Shown: positions 9,049 through 19,549, counted from the first letter of the stretch. The stretch: DNA of 64,000 bases from Methanobacteriota archaeon (GCA_017857235.1 JAFMDN010000003.1:2005-66004); one strand, 5' to 3'. Notes: generated by a model from the letters alone, not told the origin. A program made the numbers and translations.

Positions 9049-11166
9049 TTGAATAAGGATCCTCTTAAATTAGTACCAAAAAATGAAAATATTATCATGA
9101 ATTATTTGAATGATATGAGAAGGGCCAACTTTATATACCCGTTAATCGTGGCAATAACAGGAATAGCAATTAGGTTGGCTCCAAATTTATTATATTATGC
9201 GTGGGGAAATGATTATGGAATTTATTACTATCTGAGCCAAGCTTTCCTCTCAGGAAAGGCGTTAGTATATCCACCCAATTCCCCTTGGGGGACTGACGGT
9301 TACCAATATTTCCCAGTGACTTATTGGATAGTTGATTTCACGCATATAGTTTTTAGAATTCCGATAAACGCTTCCCTTAATTATTCCATCCCTATTTTAG
9401 GGGGCCTCACACCCCTTTTATTGTACTTTATTTCGAGAGAAATGAAACTTTCTGAGGTGACTTCATTCATAGCGGGGATGCTTTTGGCTGTTGATCCTAT
9501 ACAAGCTTATCAAACTTCACAACCAAATTATCTAACCACCGGTCATTTTTTTCTCCTACTTTCCTTATTGTTCCTAATAAGGTCGCAAAGGGAATTAAAG
9601 CCCGGGAAATATTACTATCTAACTTACTTAATTACATTATTTTTAATTTTAAGTCACCAATTATCCACTTACTTTTATATCATAAGTGCTCTCGGAATTA
9701 TAATATTAGGAAGCTTTTTCGATGAAGTTTGGAAAAGGAACCTCATGAGAAATATTCTTTATTTGGAGGTTACAGGTGCTTTATTCATTTCATACATTGC
9801 AATCAGGCTACCAAATTCAAGAAATTTGTTAGATGGGGCGCTTCTAGGTACTGGCTATCATGGAATAATATTGGCGTTTTTTGGCTCATCCTTGATACTT
9901 TCAATTCTTTCTTACAATTCAGAATTAACCAGGAGTAAAGCCTTTCTAAGTAGGGTTATTCTTAACATGGGTTTAATAAAGAACTACATGAGGGATGTAT
10001 GGATAATAATATTCACCACTTTCTCAATAGTTTTAATTTTATCGATTTTGATTTTATTTAACTATATACCTAGTTTTGTAACTTACAGTGCCGTAATAAT
10101 TTCCATACCTTTCTTTATATTTATGTCACTTGGGATAATTGGAATAAAGTATGCTCTAGTCGATAGGCAAATTTTATTGTTAGGTTGGATTGCTCCTCTT
10201 GTAGGTTCTTTAATTTATTCATTAATTACCAGGAATACTGTTCTTTTGCCAGCTAGGCATATTGAATATATTGTCGAGCCAATGTCTATTTTTGCCGCAT
10301 ATGTTATATTTAATTGGCTGATACAAATCAGAGAACATAAGTTAGAATCTAGAGACAAAAGCTACAAAATTCCAATTGCATCTTCAATGAAAAGTGGAAA
10401 GAAGTATTTAGCGGAAAATATATTGGTTATTTCCGTTGTTCTTTTGGTGCTTGTACTAGGTATAATGTCATATGTTATTCCTTCCAATTTTGTTCCATCT
10501 CATAGTGAAGCAATAACATTCCAGGATGATGCTGTTATTCAATATCTAAATATTACAGGAAACAGATCCTTTTCAGTTGCTACCGATCATCAAATAGGCA
10601 TTTTATTAGCTTCATATGGGTTTGTTTCCCCTTTCAATAACTTGTCTTTATTCTGGAATAGTACTAATTGGACTCTAGCAATAGCCCAAATAACCGGTGA
10701 GAATGGAAGTTATCCTCCCATTGGCTATGTGATTTTAGATACAAATATGATACAGTATGGTGTTTGGGGGTACAATGGATCTAATAATCCCAATCAACCT
10801 ACAATTTCCCTCAACAATTCTTCACTATCCAAATTCTTCCATCAACCTTTTATTTTGGAATATGAAAATTCCTCTCTTACATCAAATTACACGAGTTATC
10901 TCTTTGAACTCAACTGGACTTACATTAACAATTATTTGATGAGTAGAGGAATGGGGAATTTGAGCTATTACATGAGCCTATATGAGATGAAAAATAAAGA
11001 TAGTCCTCAACCCACTTTCTCCCATTTTTCAAGCTTCTGGACTGATGACAATGTTGAGCCTCTCTTGATTTCCTCGCGTATTCTATTTTCCCTTTCCATA
11101 ACATCTATGGCTCTATTTGCTATTTCCAGCGCTTCTTCTTCCGGTATCACTACTACCCCTGAGTAA
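9049..11166 (+). CDS. Polytopic membrane protein, probable GT-C fold glycosyltransferase (start likely 9097 or 9115)
   Basis: More than 12 TM segments. The first luminal loop WGNDYGIY...GYQYFP resembles GT-C enzymes, and the extracellular C-terminus is rich in sequons. Confidence 0.55.
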   Translation: MNKDPLKLVPKNENIIMNYLNDMRRANFIYPLIVAITGIAIRLAPNLLYYAWGNDYGIYYYLSQAFLSGKALVYPPNSPWGTDGYQYFPVTYWIVDFTHIVFRIPINASLNYSIPILGGLTPLLLYFISREMKLSEVTSFIAGMLLAVDPIQAYQTSQPNYLTTGHFFLLLSLLFLIRSQRELKPGKYYYLTYLITLFLILSHQLSTYFYIISALGIIILGSFFDEVWKRNLMRNILYLEVTGALFISYIAIRLPNSRNLLDGALLGTGYHGIILAFFGSSLILSILSYNSELTRSKAFLSRVILNMGLIKNYMRDVWIIIFTTFSIVLILSILILFNYIPSFVTYSAVIISIPFFIFMSLGIIGIKYALVDRQILLLGWIAPLVGSLIYSLITRNTVLLPARHIEYIVEPMSIFAAYVIFNWLIQIREHKLESRDKSYKIPIASSMKSGKKYLAENILVISVVLLVLVLGIMSYVIPSNFVPSHSEAITFQDDAVIQYLNITGNRSFSVATDHQIGILLASYGFVSPFNNLSLFWNSTNWTLAIAQITGENGSYPPIGYVILDTNMIQYGVWGYNGSNNPNQPTISLNNSSLSKFFHQPFILEYENSSLTSNYTSYLFELNWTYINNYLMSRGMGNLSYYMSLYEMKNKDSPQPTFSHFSSFWTDDNVEPLLISSRILFSLSITSMALFAISSASSSGITTTPE

Positions 11167-12305
11167 TCGGCTATTATATAATCGCCTGTTCTAATTTTCC
11201 TACCATTTATTTCTATTTCTCCGCCAATTTCTCCATATCCCTTTGGATCACCGGCATTTGATGCAACATATCTTGAAAACACTGGGAATGGAATTTTCAT
11301 AATATCATCAAGATCCCTTACCGCTCCCCAAATAATTACTCCCTTTACCTTTCTCATTACTGCACTCCAGGAAGCCAGCTCTCCCCAAACTGCATCTTCA
11401 CCACCATCGGCGTCAATGACTATTATGTCCCCTGGTTTTGCACGATCTATGGCTTCTACTGGTTTTGCCCAATCACCATTAACAGTCTTAACCGTTAATG
11501 CCCTACCAACTATCTTTGTTCCAGGTTCAATATGCGGAATTAGACCATGAATTGCACCTCCCCTGTGCATTGCATCAGATACGTTTGGTGATGAAACCTT
11601 CATAAGAGCATCTACTATCTCATCCCTTGAGTACTTCTTATAGAGATTGGAAACTTCAGGTATAAGAGTTTTCATTACATTCTTTATTGCTTTCGTTTCT
11701 TCAGTTACATTTGGAGCCTTTATTATTGCACCCCCTACAATAATTATCGAAGCTCCTCTCTTGATAACCTCAGGAATTGTCTCTTTATTGAGCCCACCAG
11801 CTACTGCCACGGGCAGGTTCGTAGCTTTAACTACTTTCTCCAGTTCATCCAGCGGATTTTTTCCTATCATTTGCATATCTATTCCTACGTGAACACAAAA
11901 ATATTTAACTCCAAGCTTTTCGAGCTCTTTTGCCCGTTCTTCTACGTTATTTACCCTTAACAGGTCTATCATTATTTCGGCACCGTATTTTTTACCAGCC
12001 TTGACTGCCTCGGTTATAGTGGGATTATCACTGATTCCCAATATTGTAACTATCTGCGCCCCGCTCTTAGCTGCCAGTTCCGTTTCAAAACCTCCAACAT
12101 CCGCAGTTTTCATATCAGCAACTATCACCTTGTTTGGGAATGCCTTCTTGATTTCCCTTATGGCATTCATTCCTTCGCTTTTAATCAATGGTGTACCAAC
12201 TTCAATCCAATCTGCCCCACCTTCAACTGCTTCTTTTGCAACCTGCAGGGCCCTGTGCAAATTTTCGAAGTCTAATGCTACTTGAAGAATAGGTTCTTCT
12301 GGCAT
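11007..12305 (-). CDS. 3-hexulose-6-phosphate synthase fused to an RraA/HMG-aldolase-like domain
   Basis: N-terminal LQVALD, IEVGTPL, ADMKTAD, HVGIDMQ and VAGG; C-terminal NVSDAM, AVWGEL, GAVRD and GDYIIAD. Confidence 0.9.
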   Translation of the reverse strand: MPEEPILQVALDFENLHRALQVAKEAVEGGADWIEVGTPLIKSEGMNAIREIKKAFPNKVIVADMKTADVGGFETELAAKSGAQIVTILGISDNPTITEAVKAGKKYGAEIMIDLLRVNNVEERAKELEKLGVKYFCVHVGIDMQMIGKNPLDELEKVVKATNLPVAVAGGLNKETIPEVIKRGASIIIVGGAIIKAPNVTEETKAIKNVMKTLIPEVSNLYKKYSRDEIVDALMKVSSPNVSDAMHRGGAIHGLIPHIEPGTKIVGRALTVKTVNGDWAKPVEAIDRAKPGDIIVIDADGGEDAVWGELASWSAVMRKVKGVIIWGAVRDLDDIMKIPFPVFSRYVASNAGDPKGYGEIGGEIEINGRKIRTGDYIIADYSGVVVIPEEEALEIANRAIDVMERENRIREEIKRGSTLSSVQKLEKWEKVG

Positions 12306-12328
12306 ATTTGATTAGTATAATTGCTGTA

Positions 12329-13171
12329 TTAACTTTTTTGAAATTCCAAATTCTTTAAGGTGTTATATAGCAGTTCATTCAATTGCATTTCAATTTTGTT
12401 AGAATTTGCATACTTCAATAATTCTCCTGTTATGGATTCAATTTCTGTCCTACTGCCCTTTAGAATGTCCTGAAGCATACTGCTGTAATTTCTCCTCGTA
12501 ACATTGGCAGTATATTCAACATCTTCCCATACGTTTATCTTAAGGCCCATTTTATTGTATAGCATTTGTATTTCCTCTGAAACTTTCTTGGATATGAAGT
12601 TAATATATTTATTTTCTATAATCGCACCATTTGGAATCCTGTAAATGGCCGTTATGGGATTTATCACTGCATTTATACCGGCTTTCCTGAATAATTCCAT
12701 TTTGATATCGTCAACCCATTCAGCATTTATGCCTGTATCTCTGAGAAAACTCAAATCAAGAAAACCATCTTCTGATCCCACTCTGAAATACCCTCTACCT
12801 GTCAATTCTGAAGTTTCTTCATCTATTTTTCTTGCAGCCCATGTTGTTACGCAATAAAAGTTTCTTTTACCTATTTTATATCTCAAATGTGTCAAGCCAT
12901 TTTGTATGAACATTACATCTCCAGCTATTTTAACATCTGATATATTTGGTAGATCGTATGATTTAACTGCTACTAATGTTAGATCTGCCTCATCCAATTT
13001 TTCTGAAATCTTTACATTTAATCTGTAGTAATGCCCATCGATTAAAACTTTAACATCTTTATATCTTTCCGATGTACCTTTTTTAACAACCAAAATGACT
13101 TCGTTTTTACTTGATAGAAAATGGGCAAGAACCAGGCCCATGGCTCCTGCCCCAATTATCTGGATTTTCAT
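12329..13171 (-). CDS. panE: Ketopantoate reductase family (PanE/ApbA) 2-oxoacid reductase
   Basis: GAGAMG, VKSYD, QNG, KAGINAVINP, SSMLQD and RTEI motifs. Confidence 0.85.
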   Translation of the reverse strand: MKIQIIGAGAMGLVLAHFLSSKNEVILVVKKGTSERYKDVKVLIDGHYYRLNVKISEKLDEADLTLVAVKSYDLPNISDVKIAGDVMFIQNGLTHLRYKIGKRNFYCVTTWAARKIDEETSELTGRGYFRVGSEDGFLDLSFLRDTGINAEWVDDIKMELFRKAGINAVINPITAIYRIPNGAIIENKYINFISKKVSEEIQMLYNKMGLKINVWEDVEYTANVTRRNYSSMLQDILKGSRTEIESITGELLKYANSNKIEMQLNELLYNTLKNLEFQKS

Positions 13172-13758
13172 AGAACTTTTTCTTGATTCACAGCTGCAAC
13201 GCCAGCTTCAAATGCCTTAATATTTATCTCACTCACTCTTGGATTTCTAAAAGAAGCGCTTATGGTCTTCTTTAATGATTCTTCACTTATTTCTAATATA
13301 CCAACACCAAAAAGCGCACCTAGCATTACCATATTGACTGATCTTTTCTCTCCAAGCGACATGGCTATCTCGTCTGCATTCACATAATAATGATTGTATC
13401 TTGATATGATTTCTTCGCTTTCCCTTTCAGGATACTCTTGTGCTTTCATTATTAATGGCATGGGATGTATCATCCTCTTATTTGCTACTATAATTCCATC
13501 TTTCTTTAGTTTTACTGTGTTTCTCGCCGTCTCCATCAGTTCAAATCCTAGTATTGCATCCGCCGAACCGATAGGAATTATTGCACTTTGATAATCTCCT
13601 ATTCTTAAATCAACTGATATCCTCCCACCCCTCTGTGCCATTCCATGTATTTCAGTCATTAAAGATTTCTTTCCTTCTAGTATAGCGGCTTCACCTAGAA
13701 TTTTGCCAAGCGTGATTATACCTTGACCTCCCACGCCCGCCAGAACTATGGAAGTCAT
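13168..13758 (-). CDS. iorB: Indolepyruvate:ferredoxin oxidoreductase beta subunit
   Basis: GVGGQG, EIHGMAQRGG and NMVMLGA motifs. Confidence 0.92.
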   Translation of the reverse strand: MTSIVLAGVGGQGIITLGKILGEAAILEGKKSLMTEIHGMAQRGGRISVDLRIGDYQSAIIPIGSADAILGFELMETARNTVKLKKDGIIVANKRMIHPMPLIMKAQEYPERESEEIISRYNHYYVNADEIAMSLGEKRSVNMVMLGALFGVGILEISEESLKKTISASFRNPRVSEINIKAFEAGVAAVNQEKVL

Positions 13759-15578
13759 TTTACCACCTCAATGGCACCAAATGGGCATACCAAAGGTTCA
13801 GAACAAACTGAACACCCGTCGCACAATTCAGGGTCTATATATACTCTTTTATCTTTTATATAAAACGCTGCGCAAGTGAAATTTCTTACACAATTGTAGC
13901 ATAATTTACATTTATCCTGATTAACCTGAAAAATTTTGAATTCATCCTTAGATTTCTTCCTATCAGCTTCCAGCGCGCATTCTCTTTCCGATATTATAAC
14001 CGAAACCCCTTCTTCATCCATTGCTCTCTTAAAGGTTTCAACTGTCATTTTTAAGTCATAAGGATCAGTTTTATGGATATTTTTGACACCGATGGATTTG
14101 AGAATGTCTTCAATTTTTACAATATTCCCCATGTTTTCCGGGGTTGGTTGACCACCCGTCATCGCAGTTGTACTATTATCTAGAATGACCACAATCATGG
14201 GATGATTGTTGTGTACTGCATTAATTATCGGCGGGATTCCTGCATGGAAAAATGTACTGTCACCGATGAACGTTATAACCTTTTTACCGTAGAAAATTGA
14301 ATATCCGTTAGATGTTCCTATAGATGATCCCATTGATAAAAGCATATCTCCAAATCCATAAGGATCATAATACCCCAAGGTATAGCATCCAATGTCGGTT
14401 GGTGATATGTAATCTTTCCAGCCCTTCTGTCTAAGCGCTATCTTAGCGGCATAATATGTAGCTCTGTGTGGACATCCAGGACAAAACTCCGGAGGTCTTG
14501 ATGGCAAATCAATGTTAACCACTTCAGTTTTATCTGGTATTCCATATATCTTTGCCAGAATTCCCTTTACGCGATCCACATTCATCTCATAGTTATATGG
14601 AACATCACCAGTGATTTTACCAAATACCTCCTTTCTTATCCCTTTACCTGCTATAATTGAATATATTTGCTCCTCTATGAATGGTCCACCTTCCTCAATT
14701 AGGATGATTCTGTTGTGATGCTTGATTTGGTTGTAAATGTATTCTACATCCAGTGGGTAAGAAATTCCGATTTTCATCACTTTTGCCTTTAGACCGCTAA
14801 TTTCTAAAGCCTCTTTAATGGAATTATAAGCTGAGCCTGATGTAATAATCAAATCTTCTCCTTCTCCTTCAATATTTATAAAATTCCTTGAAAAACCTTG
14901 CTCCACAACTTTTTTTAGTCTATCAAAGATTTGTGGTTGCAATCTGAAGGAATTTTCAGGTAGAAGCACAGTATTTTTCCTGTCTGGTTTTGATGAATTG
15001 TTAATCTCATTCCTCACAGGCCCATATTTTACAACAGATCTCATGTGTGAAACCCTAGTAACGCTCCTTATCAATACTGGTTGCCCTGTTGCCTCGGATA
15101 TATCAAATCCTTTTACAACAAAATCCTTTAATTCCTGGGGATTGGACGGTTCCATTACTATGTACTTTGCGAATTTTCCTAGGTACCTGTTATCCTGTTC
15201 ATTTTGCGACGAGTAAAGCGATGGATCGTCCGCACTTAATATGACGAATCCCCCCTTTACACCAGATACTCCCAGTGATACGAAAGAATCCATTGCAACA
15301 TTTAGGCCCACGTGCTTCATAAAAACAAAGGCTCTTTTACCTAAGGAAGATGCAGATGCCGCTACTTCAAATGCTACTTTTTCGTTAACTGAGTACTCAA
15401 AATATATGCCTAGGTCTCTATGAGTCTCGTATAACAAATCTCCAATTTCGGAACTCGGTGTGCCTGGGTAAGTTGCAGTAACTGAGACGCCTGCTTCGTA
15501 CAGACCTCTTACTACTGCCTCATTACCCAGAAGGAAATGTGCCCTTTCACTTTGCTCTAAAAGTTCAGAGCTCTTCAT
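13755..15578 (-). CDS. iorA: Indolepyruvate:ferredoxin oxidoreductase alpha subunit
   Basis: GNEA, YPGTPSSE, NEKVA, KHVGLNVA, SSQNEQD, CPGCPH, DIGCY and GDSTFFHAG motifs; C-terminal ferredoxin domain. Confidence 0.93.
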   Translation of the reverse strand: MKSSELLEQSERAHFLLGNEAVVRGLYEAGVSVTATYPGTPSSEIGDLLYETHRDLGIYFEYSVNEKVAFEVAASASSLGKRAFVFMKHVGLNVAMDSFVSLGVSGVKGGFVILSADDPSLYSSQNEQDNRYLGKFAKYIVMEPSNPQELKDFVVKGFDISEATGQPVLIRSVTRVSHMRSVVKYGPVRNEINNSSKPDRKNTVLLPENSFRLQPQIFDRLKKVVEQGFSRNFINIEGEGEDLIITSGSAYNSIKEALEISGLKAKVMKIGISYPLDVEYIYNQIKHHNRIILIEEGGPFIEEQIYSIIAGKGIRKEVFGKITGDVPYNYEMNVDRVKGILAKIYGIPDKTEVVNIDLPSRPPEFCPGCPHRATYYAAKIALRQKGWKDYISPTDIGCYTLGYYDPYGFGDMLLSMGSSIGTSNGYSIFYGKKVITFIGDSTFFHAGIPPIINAVHNNHPMIVVILDNSTTAMTGGQPTPENMGNIVKIEDILKSIGVKNIHKTDPYDLKMTVETFKRAMDEEGVSVIISERECALEADRKKSKDEFKIFQVNQDKCKLCYNCVRNFTCAAFYIKDKRVYIDPELCDGCSVCSEPLVCPFGAIEVVK

Positions 15579-16468
15579 GGGATCACTTTACCCTTTTCCC
15601 TTTCTAATAATTCCTCCCATCTTCTGTTTACGTTTTCCTGAATCGTTCTTATTTCCTCCGGACTTAAATGGTTGAATCTTCCCTGAATTTCAAGATACTT
15701 CTCGACAGGCAGAGGGTTGGGATTTTTGTAGAGAACAAATTTCCCCTCCGCATATTCATACAATGGAAATATTCTGGTTTCAACCGCGAGCCTGGCTATT
15801 TTTACAGTATTTTCAGCATTGAAATACCAGCCAGGAGGGCATGGGGATAAAATCTGTATAAATTTTGGACCTTTGATTTTTTTAGCATTCTGTATTTTCC
15901 TTATTAAATCCTCAGGGAATGCTATTGATGCTGTTGCTACGTATGGCACTTTTTGTGCCATCATTAGGTCGGCAACCACTTTTTTATTTTCTCTTTTATA
16001 AACTCTATCCTTTCCAACAGGTGTTGTGGTTGTCCATGCACCAAAAGGAGTGCTGCTACTTCTCTGTATGCCGGTATTCATGTATGCTTCATTGTCGTAC
16101 ATGATATAGAATACGTTGTGCCCCCTTTCCATAGCGGCACTTAATGCTTGGAGACCTATATCGGCTGTGCCGCCATCTCCTGCAAACCCTACTACATTAT
16201 AGTCCTCCTTACCTTCTTCATCTAGCGCTTCCCTGATTCCAGATATAGTTGCCCCAGTGCTTGCAAATGGAGTATAAATGAAGGGCACTTTCAAAGCGGT
16301 GTTAGGATAGTTTCCGGGTATGACTGCCCAGCATGACGCTGGCACTGTAACCACTGTGTTTTCACCCATGGCTTTCATTACATACCTCATAGCTAAAGTA
16401 GCTCCGCATCCTGCACAGGCCGTATGACCTGACATCATATATTCTTCTTTTGGAATGGAAAATGGCAT
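15575..16468 (-). CDS. porB: Pyruvate/2-oxoacid:ferredoxin oxidoreductase beta subunit
   Basis: CAGCG, GDGGTADIG, DNEAYMNTG and SPCP motifs. Confidence 0.9.
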   Translation of the reverse strand: MPFSIPKEEYMMSGHTACAGCGATLAMRYVMKAMGENTVVTVPASCWAVIPGNYPNTALKVPFIYTPFASTGATISGIREALDEEGKEDYNVVGFAGDGGTADIGLQALSAAMERGHNVFYIMYDNEAYMNTGIQRSSSTPFGAWTTTTPVGKDRVYKRENKKVVADLMMAQKVPYVATASIAFPEDLIRKIQNAKKIKGPKFIQILSPCPPGWYFNAENTVKIARLAVETRIFPLYEYAEGKFVLYKNPNPLPVEKYLEIQGRFNHLSPEEIRTIQENVNRRWEELLEREKGKVIP

Positions 16469-17644
16469 TTACTTCACCCCCGCATTAATCCATATCTCAC
16501 CATCTTCCCCTTCCATTATCCTCATGAACATTTCCTCAAAGTCTACTACTCTTACATCACGTCCCCCCAAACCTGCTATGAAATTAGCTGCTGGAATATC
16601 CAGCTTTCCATAAATAGATGAAATTACATCCATATATAAGGAGCCAAAGGGTCCATAGGTTGAGCTCCTGTCAACAACACCGAATCCTTTTAAACCTCTA
16701 AGATAGTTTATTACTAGATCTTTTGGGAATGGCCTATAAAGCAATATCCTTAACAGTCCAACCTTTTTTCCCTGATTCCTTAAATTCCTGACAACATGCT
16801 TTGCCGTAGAAGATATGGAACCCAGAGTTATAAGGGCGTAATCTGCATCATCCATCATGAACCCTTCAACTGGTCCTGGAAAATTTGCATCGAATGTCTC
16901 ATTGAATTCCTTGGTTATTTCAATAAACTTGTTCACACCAGAGTACATGGATTTCTTCATATCCATCTTTAATTCCATGAAAGGTCCATCCGGTGGCATC
17001 AAAGAGCCATACCCCATGGGCTTATTTATATCGATTTTGAAGGGCAAATTAAATTCTCCTACGAATTCCCTTACTTTCTCTTCATCCCTGATTTCTACAG
17101 GTTCAGATGTGTGAGAGAGCGTGAATGCATCCTGCATTACCATTATGGGCAGGAGAATATCTTTATTTTCGGCAAGTTTATATCCTAAGATTATAGTATC
17201 CATGGCCTCCTGGTTTGATTCTCCGTATAGTTGCATCCAGCCTGTATCTCTCTGTGTCATGGTGTCTGAATGGTCTGCCCAAATGTTCCAGGGTGGTCCT
17301 ATGGACCTATTTACAACTGCCATTAAAATTGGAAGCCTCATTCCGGCAACCCAATTTAACATTTCATGCATATATAAAATTCCATGAGAACTTGATGCAG
17401 TAAAAGATCTTACTCCTGCCAATTCACTTCCCATTACTGAAGCCATTGCACTGTGCTCGCTCTCAACTTCAATAAATTTTGCATCCATCTTTTCATTCGC
17501 TACCATTTCAGCTATCTTTTCAACAATGGCAGTCTGAGGTGTTATTGGATATGCAGATACAAATTTGACACCAGCCAATTTAGTAGCTAAAGCTACTGCC
17601 TCGTTGCCTGTCATTATACTCCAATTTTTATTAATTGCTCTCAT
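16469..17644 (-). CDS. porA: Pyruvate/2-oxoacid:ferredoxin oxidoreductase alpha subunit
   Basis: GNEA, YPITPQT, VESEHSA, DHSD and RPFP motifs. Confidence 0.9.
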   Translation of the reverse strand: MRAINKNWSIMTGNEAVALATKLAGVKFVSAYPITPQTAIVEKIAEMVANEKMDAKFIEVESEHSAMASVMGSELAGVRSFTASSSHGILYMHEMLNWVAGMRLPILMAVVNRSIGPPWNIWADHSDTMTQRDTGWMQLYGESNQEAMDTIILGYKLAENKDILLPIMVMQDAFTLSHTSEPVEIRDEEKVREFVGEFNLPFKIDINKPMGYGSLMPPDGPFMELKMDMKKSMYSGVNKFIEITKEFNETFDANFPGPVEGFMMDDADYALITLGSISSTAKHVVRNLRNQGKKVGLLRILLYRPFPKDLVINYLRGLKGFGVVDRSSTYGPFGSLYMDVISSIYGKLDIPAANFIAGLGGRDVRVVDFEEMFMRIMEGEDGEIWINAGVK

Positions 17645-17937
17645 TACATTTCACTCTCCTGCACCATATCTATGGCATCAAAAGGGCATTCGCTGGCACA
17701 AATACCGCAACCCTTACAGTAATCATAATTTATGAATGGGGCTTCTAGTTTGGAAAACCTTTCATTGGGATAATCAAGTTTCTCTCCAAAGGTCACTCCG
17801 ATTGCAACATCTGGGCAGAACTTCCAGCAAATCATACATCTTGTACATTTGCTGTAATCAATTACAGGCCTCGTAGTTCTCCAAGAAGATGTTTTGTTGT
17901 TACTTGAAGGTGCATATGCAGTTGGAACTAGCACCAT
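17644..17937 (-). CDS. porD: 2-oxoacid:ferredoxin oxidoreductase delta subunit (2[4Fe-4S])
   Basis: TSSWR plus two CxxCxxCxxxCP motifs. Confidence 0.9.
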   Translation of the reverse strand: MVLVPTAYAPSSNNKTSSWRTTRPVIDYSKCTRCMICWKFCPDVAIGVTFGEKLDYPNERFSKLEAPFINYDYCKGCGICASECPFDAIDMVQESEM

Positions 17938-18492
17938 TCAAATCACCTCAACTTCTTCATAAGCTTCCTTTACTGCATTTATATTTTCGTTTATCTTACT
18001 TGGAGATAGTTCCTTCGTTGCATCAATGATTGATTCAAGCTTCACAATTCCTGATACCTTAGCATATGCTCCTAAAATAGCTGTATTGACTATAGGATGT
18101 GCTGGATCTCCTAATTTATTGCGTACGGCTATTGATGTGGCATCAACAACGGCAACTTTAAATTTTTTCAATTCGGGATGGCTTAATACATCATTTTTCT
18201 TCGAATTAATGAGTATTAAACCATTTTCCTTAAGTCCATCTGTTACATTTATTATATTCATTAAAGATTTATCCAAGAGTATTACGGAGTCGGGATTATA
18301 AATCTGCGTCCTTAATTCAACTTTGTTGTTATCTATCCTAGTAAAAGCTGCTACTGGAGCACCTCTGCGTTCTGTTCCATAGAAGGGAAAACTTGTAACC
18401 CACTTTCCCTCTTTAAAGGCGGCAGTGGCTAAAATTTTAGATGCAGTAACTGCACCTTGCCCACCTCTTCCATGAAAACGTATTTCATACAT
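17938..18492 (-). CDS. porG: 2-oxoacid:ferredoxin oxidoreductase gamma subunit
   Basis: MYEIRFHGRGGQG, YGTERRGAP and NTAILGA motifs. Start moved to ATG 18492. Confidence 0.9.
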   Translation of the reverse strand: MYEIRFHGRGGQGAVTASKILATAAFKEGKWVTSFPFYGTERRGAPVAAFTRIDNNKVELRTQIYNPDSVILLDKSLMNIINVTDGLKENGLILINSKKNDVLSHPELKKFKVAVVDATSIAVRNKLGDPAHPIVNTAILGAYAKVSGIVKLESIIDATKELSPSKINENINAVKEAYEEVEVI

Positions 18493-18664
18493 CCTATTAC
18501 CCAAACAGGAAATTGAAAAAATAGATAAATAAATAACCAAAATTATCATTTTGGAACAAACAAAAAGAATTAATTTTAATTTGCGATAAGGTGAGCAAGC
18601 TCGAATGATATTTCTTAAAATCTGGAGAAAACTGTTTAATCCATGATGAAATTAATATTAAAAC

Positions 18665-19549
18665 ATGAACTTAAGATCAATTTTAGAAGAAATCATTTCT
18701 GCTTCCGGAGGAAGAACTTATCCAGGTTACCCAGACAAGTATTTATGGGTTGAATACCAAGATGGTTACAACGAGGTCATAATGCTACTTACGGAGAATA
18801 AAATAGACCTCGTAAGAGATTTCAATTCTGCTACAAACGATTTTCCAGGGGAGAGGTATGTTTTCGCACTGATTGATATAGACCAGGAAATTTATTCTTA
18901 TTGTATCTCAAAAAAAATAAATTGCATAAAGAGGGATGAATTGATAAACATTATTGGAAGAAGTGTGATTGATCTTAGCCTTAAACCTACTAAAAACATT
19001 AAGGATGTTGAATATAAAGAGGATGATTCAATCTACATTAGACTCGAAACTGGAGAAACCCCTAAATTCATTAAACCTCAATTATCAAAGGATGAAATAG
19101 CTGATTCGGTTGGAGTAAAATCCGAGCTCTATTTTATTCCATTCCATTTCTATTCATATAAATGTGATGTGGACATGGAAGGTAAGATAGTTGCAAGGAC
19201 TGGAGCATTGATGATCAATTCATTAAACGGACTGCCAGATGAGGCAGTTTCTGGGTTTGAACTTGTAGATAGGTGGCCCTTCCCCCATAAGGAGATGGAT
19301 ATTAAATGGGAGCCGGACATTGCTATCCATGGTGCCAAGAAATGGATTTCCGAGCATAATATTGGATATACAGTAGAAGAGAAGGAAACCAAATATTTTT
19401 TAATATTTTTGAGGAAGAAGGTTGAACCGTTGGAAGACAGTATCAAAATAAAATTTGAGGGGACATATTTTTATCCATTTTTTATAAGCGGGGGAATAGC
19501 ATTAGATGGTATTAGGGGTCTTATCTATAACGTACAGGACATTTTCTAA
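18665..19549 (+). CDS. Hypothetical soluble protein
   Basis: 294 aa ORF with normal composition and a TATA-like TTTAAT about 30 nt upstream; no motif confidently recognised. Confidence 0.7.
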   Translation: MNLRSILEEIISASGGRTYPGYPDKYLWVEYQDGYNEVIMLLTENKIDLVRDFNSATNDFPGERYVFALIDIDQEIYSYCISKKINCIKRDELINIIGRSVIDLSLKPTKNIKDVEYKEDDSIYIRLETGETPKFIKPQLSKDEIADSVGVKSELYFIPFHFYSYKCDVDMEGKIVARTGALMINSLNGLPDEAVSGFELVDRWPFPHKEMDIKWEPDIAIHGAKKWISEHNIGYTVEEKETKYFLIFLRKKVEPLEDSIKIKFEGTYFYPFFISGGIALDGIRGLIYNVQDIF

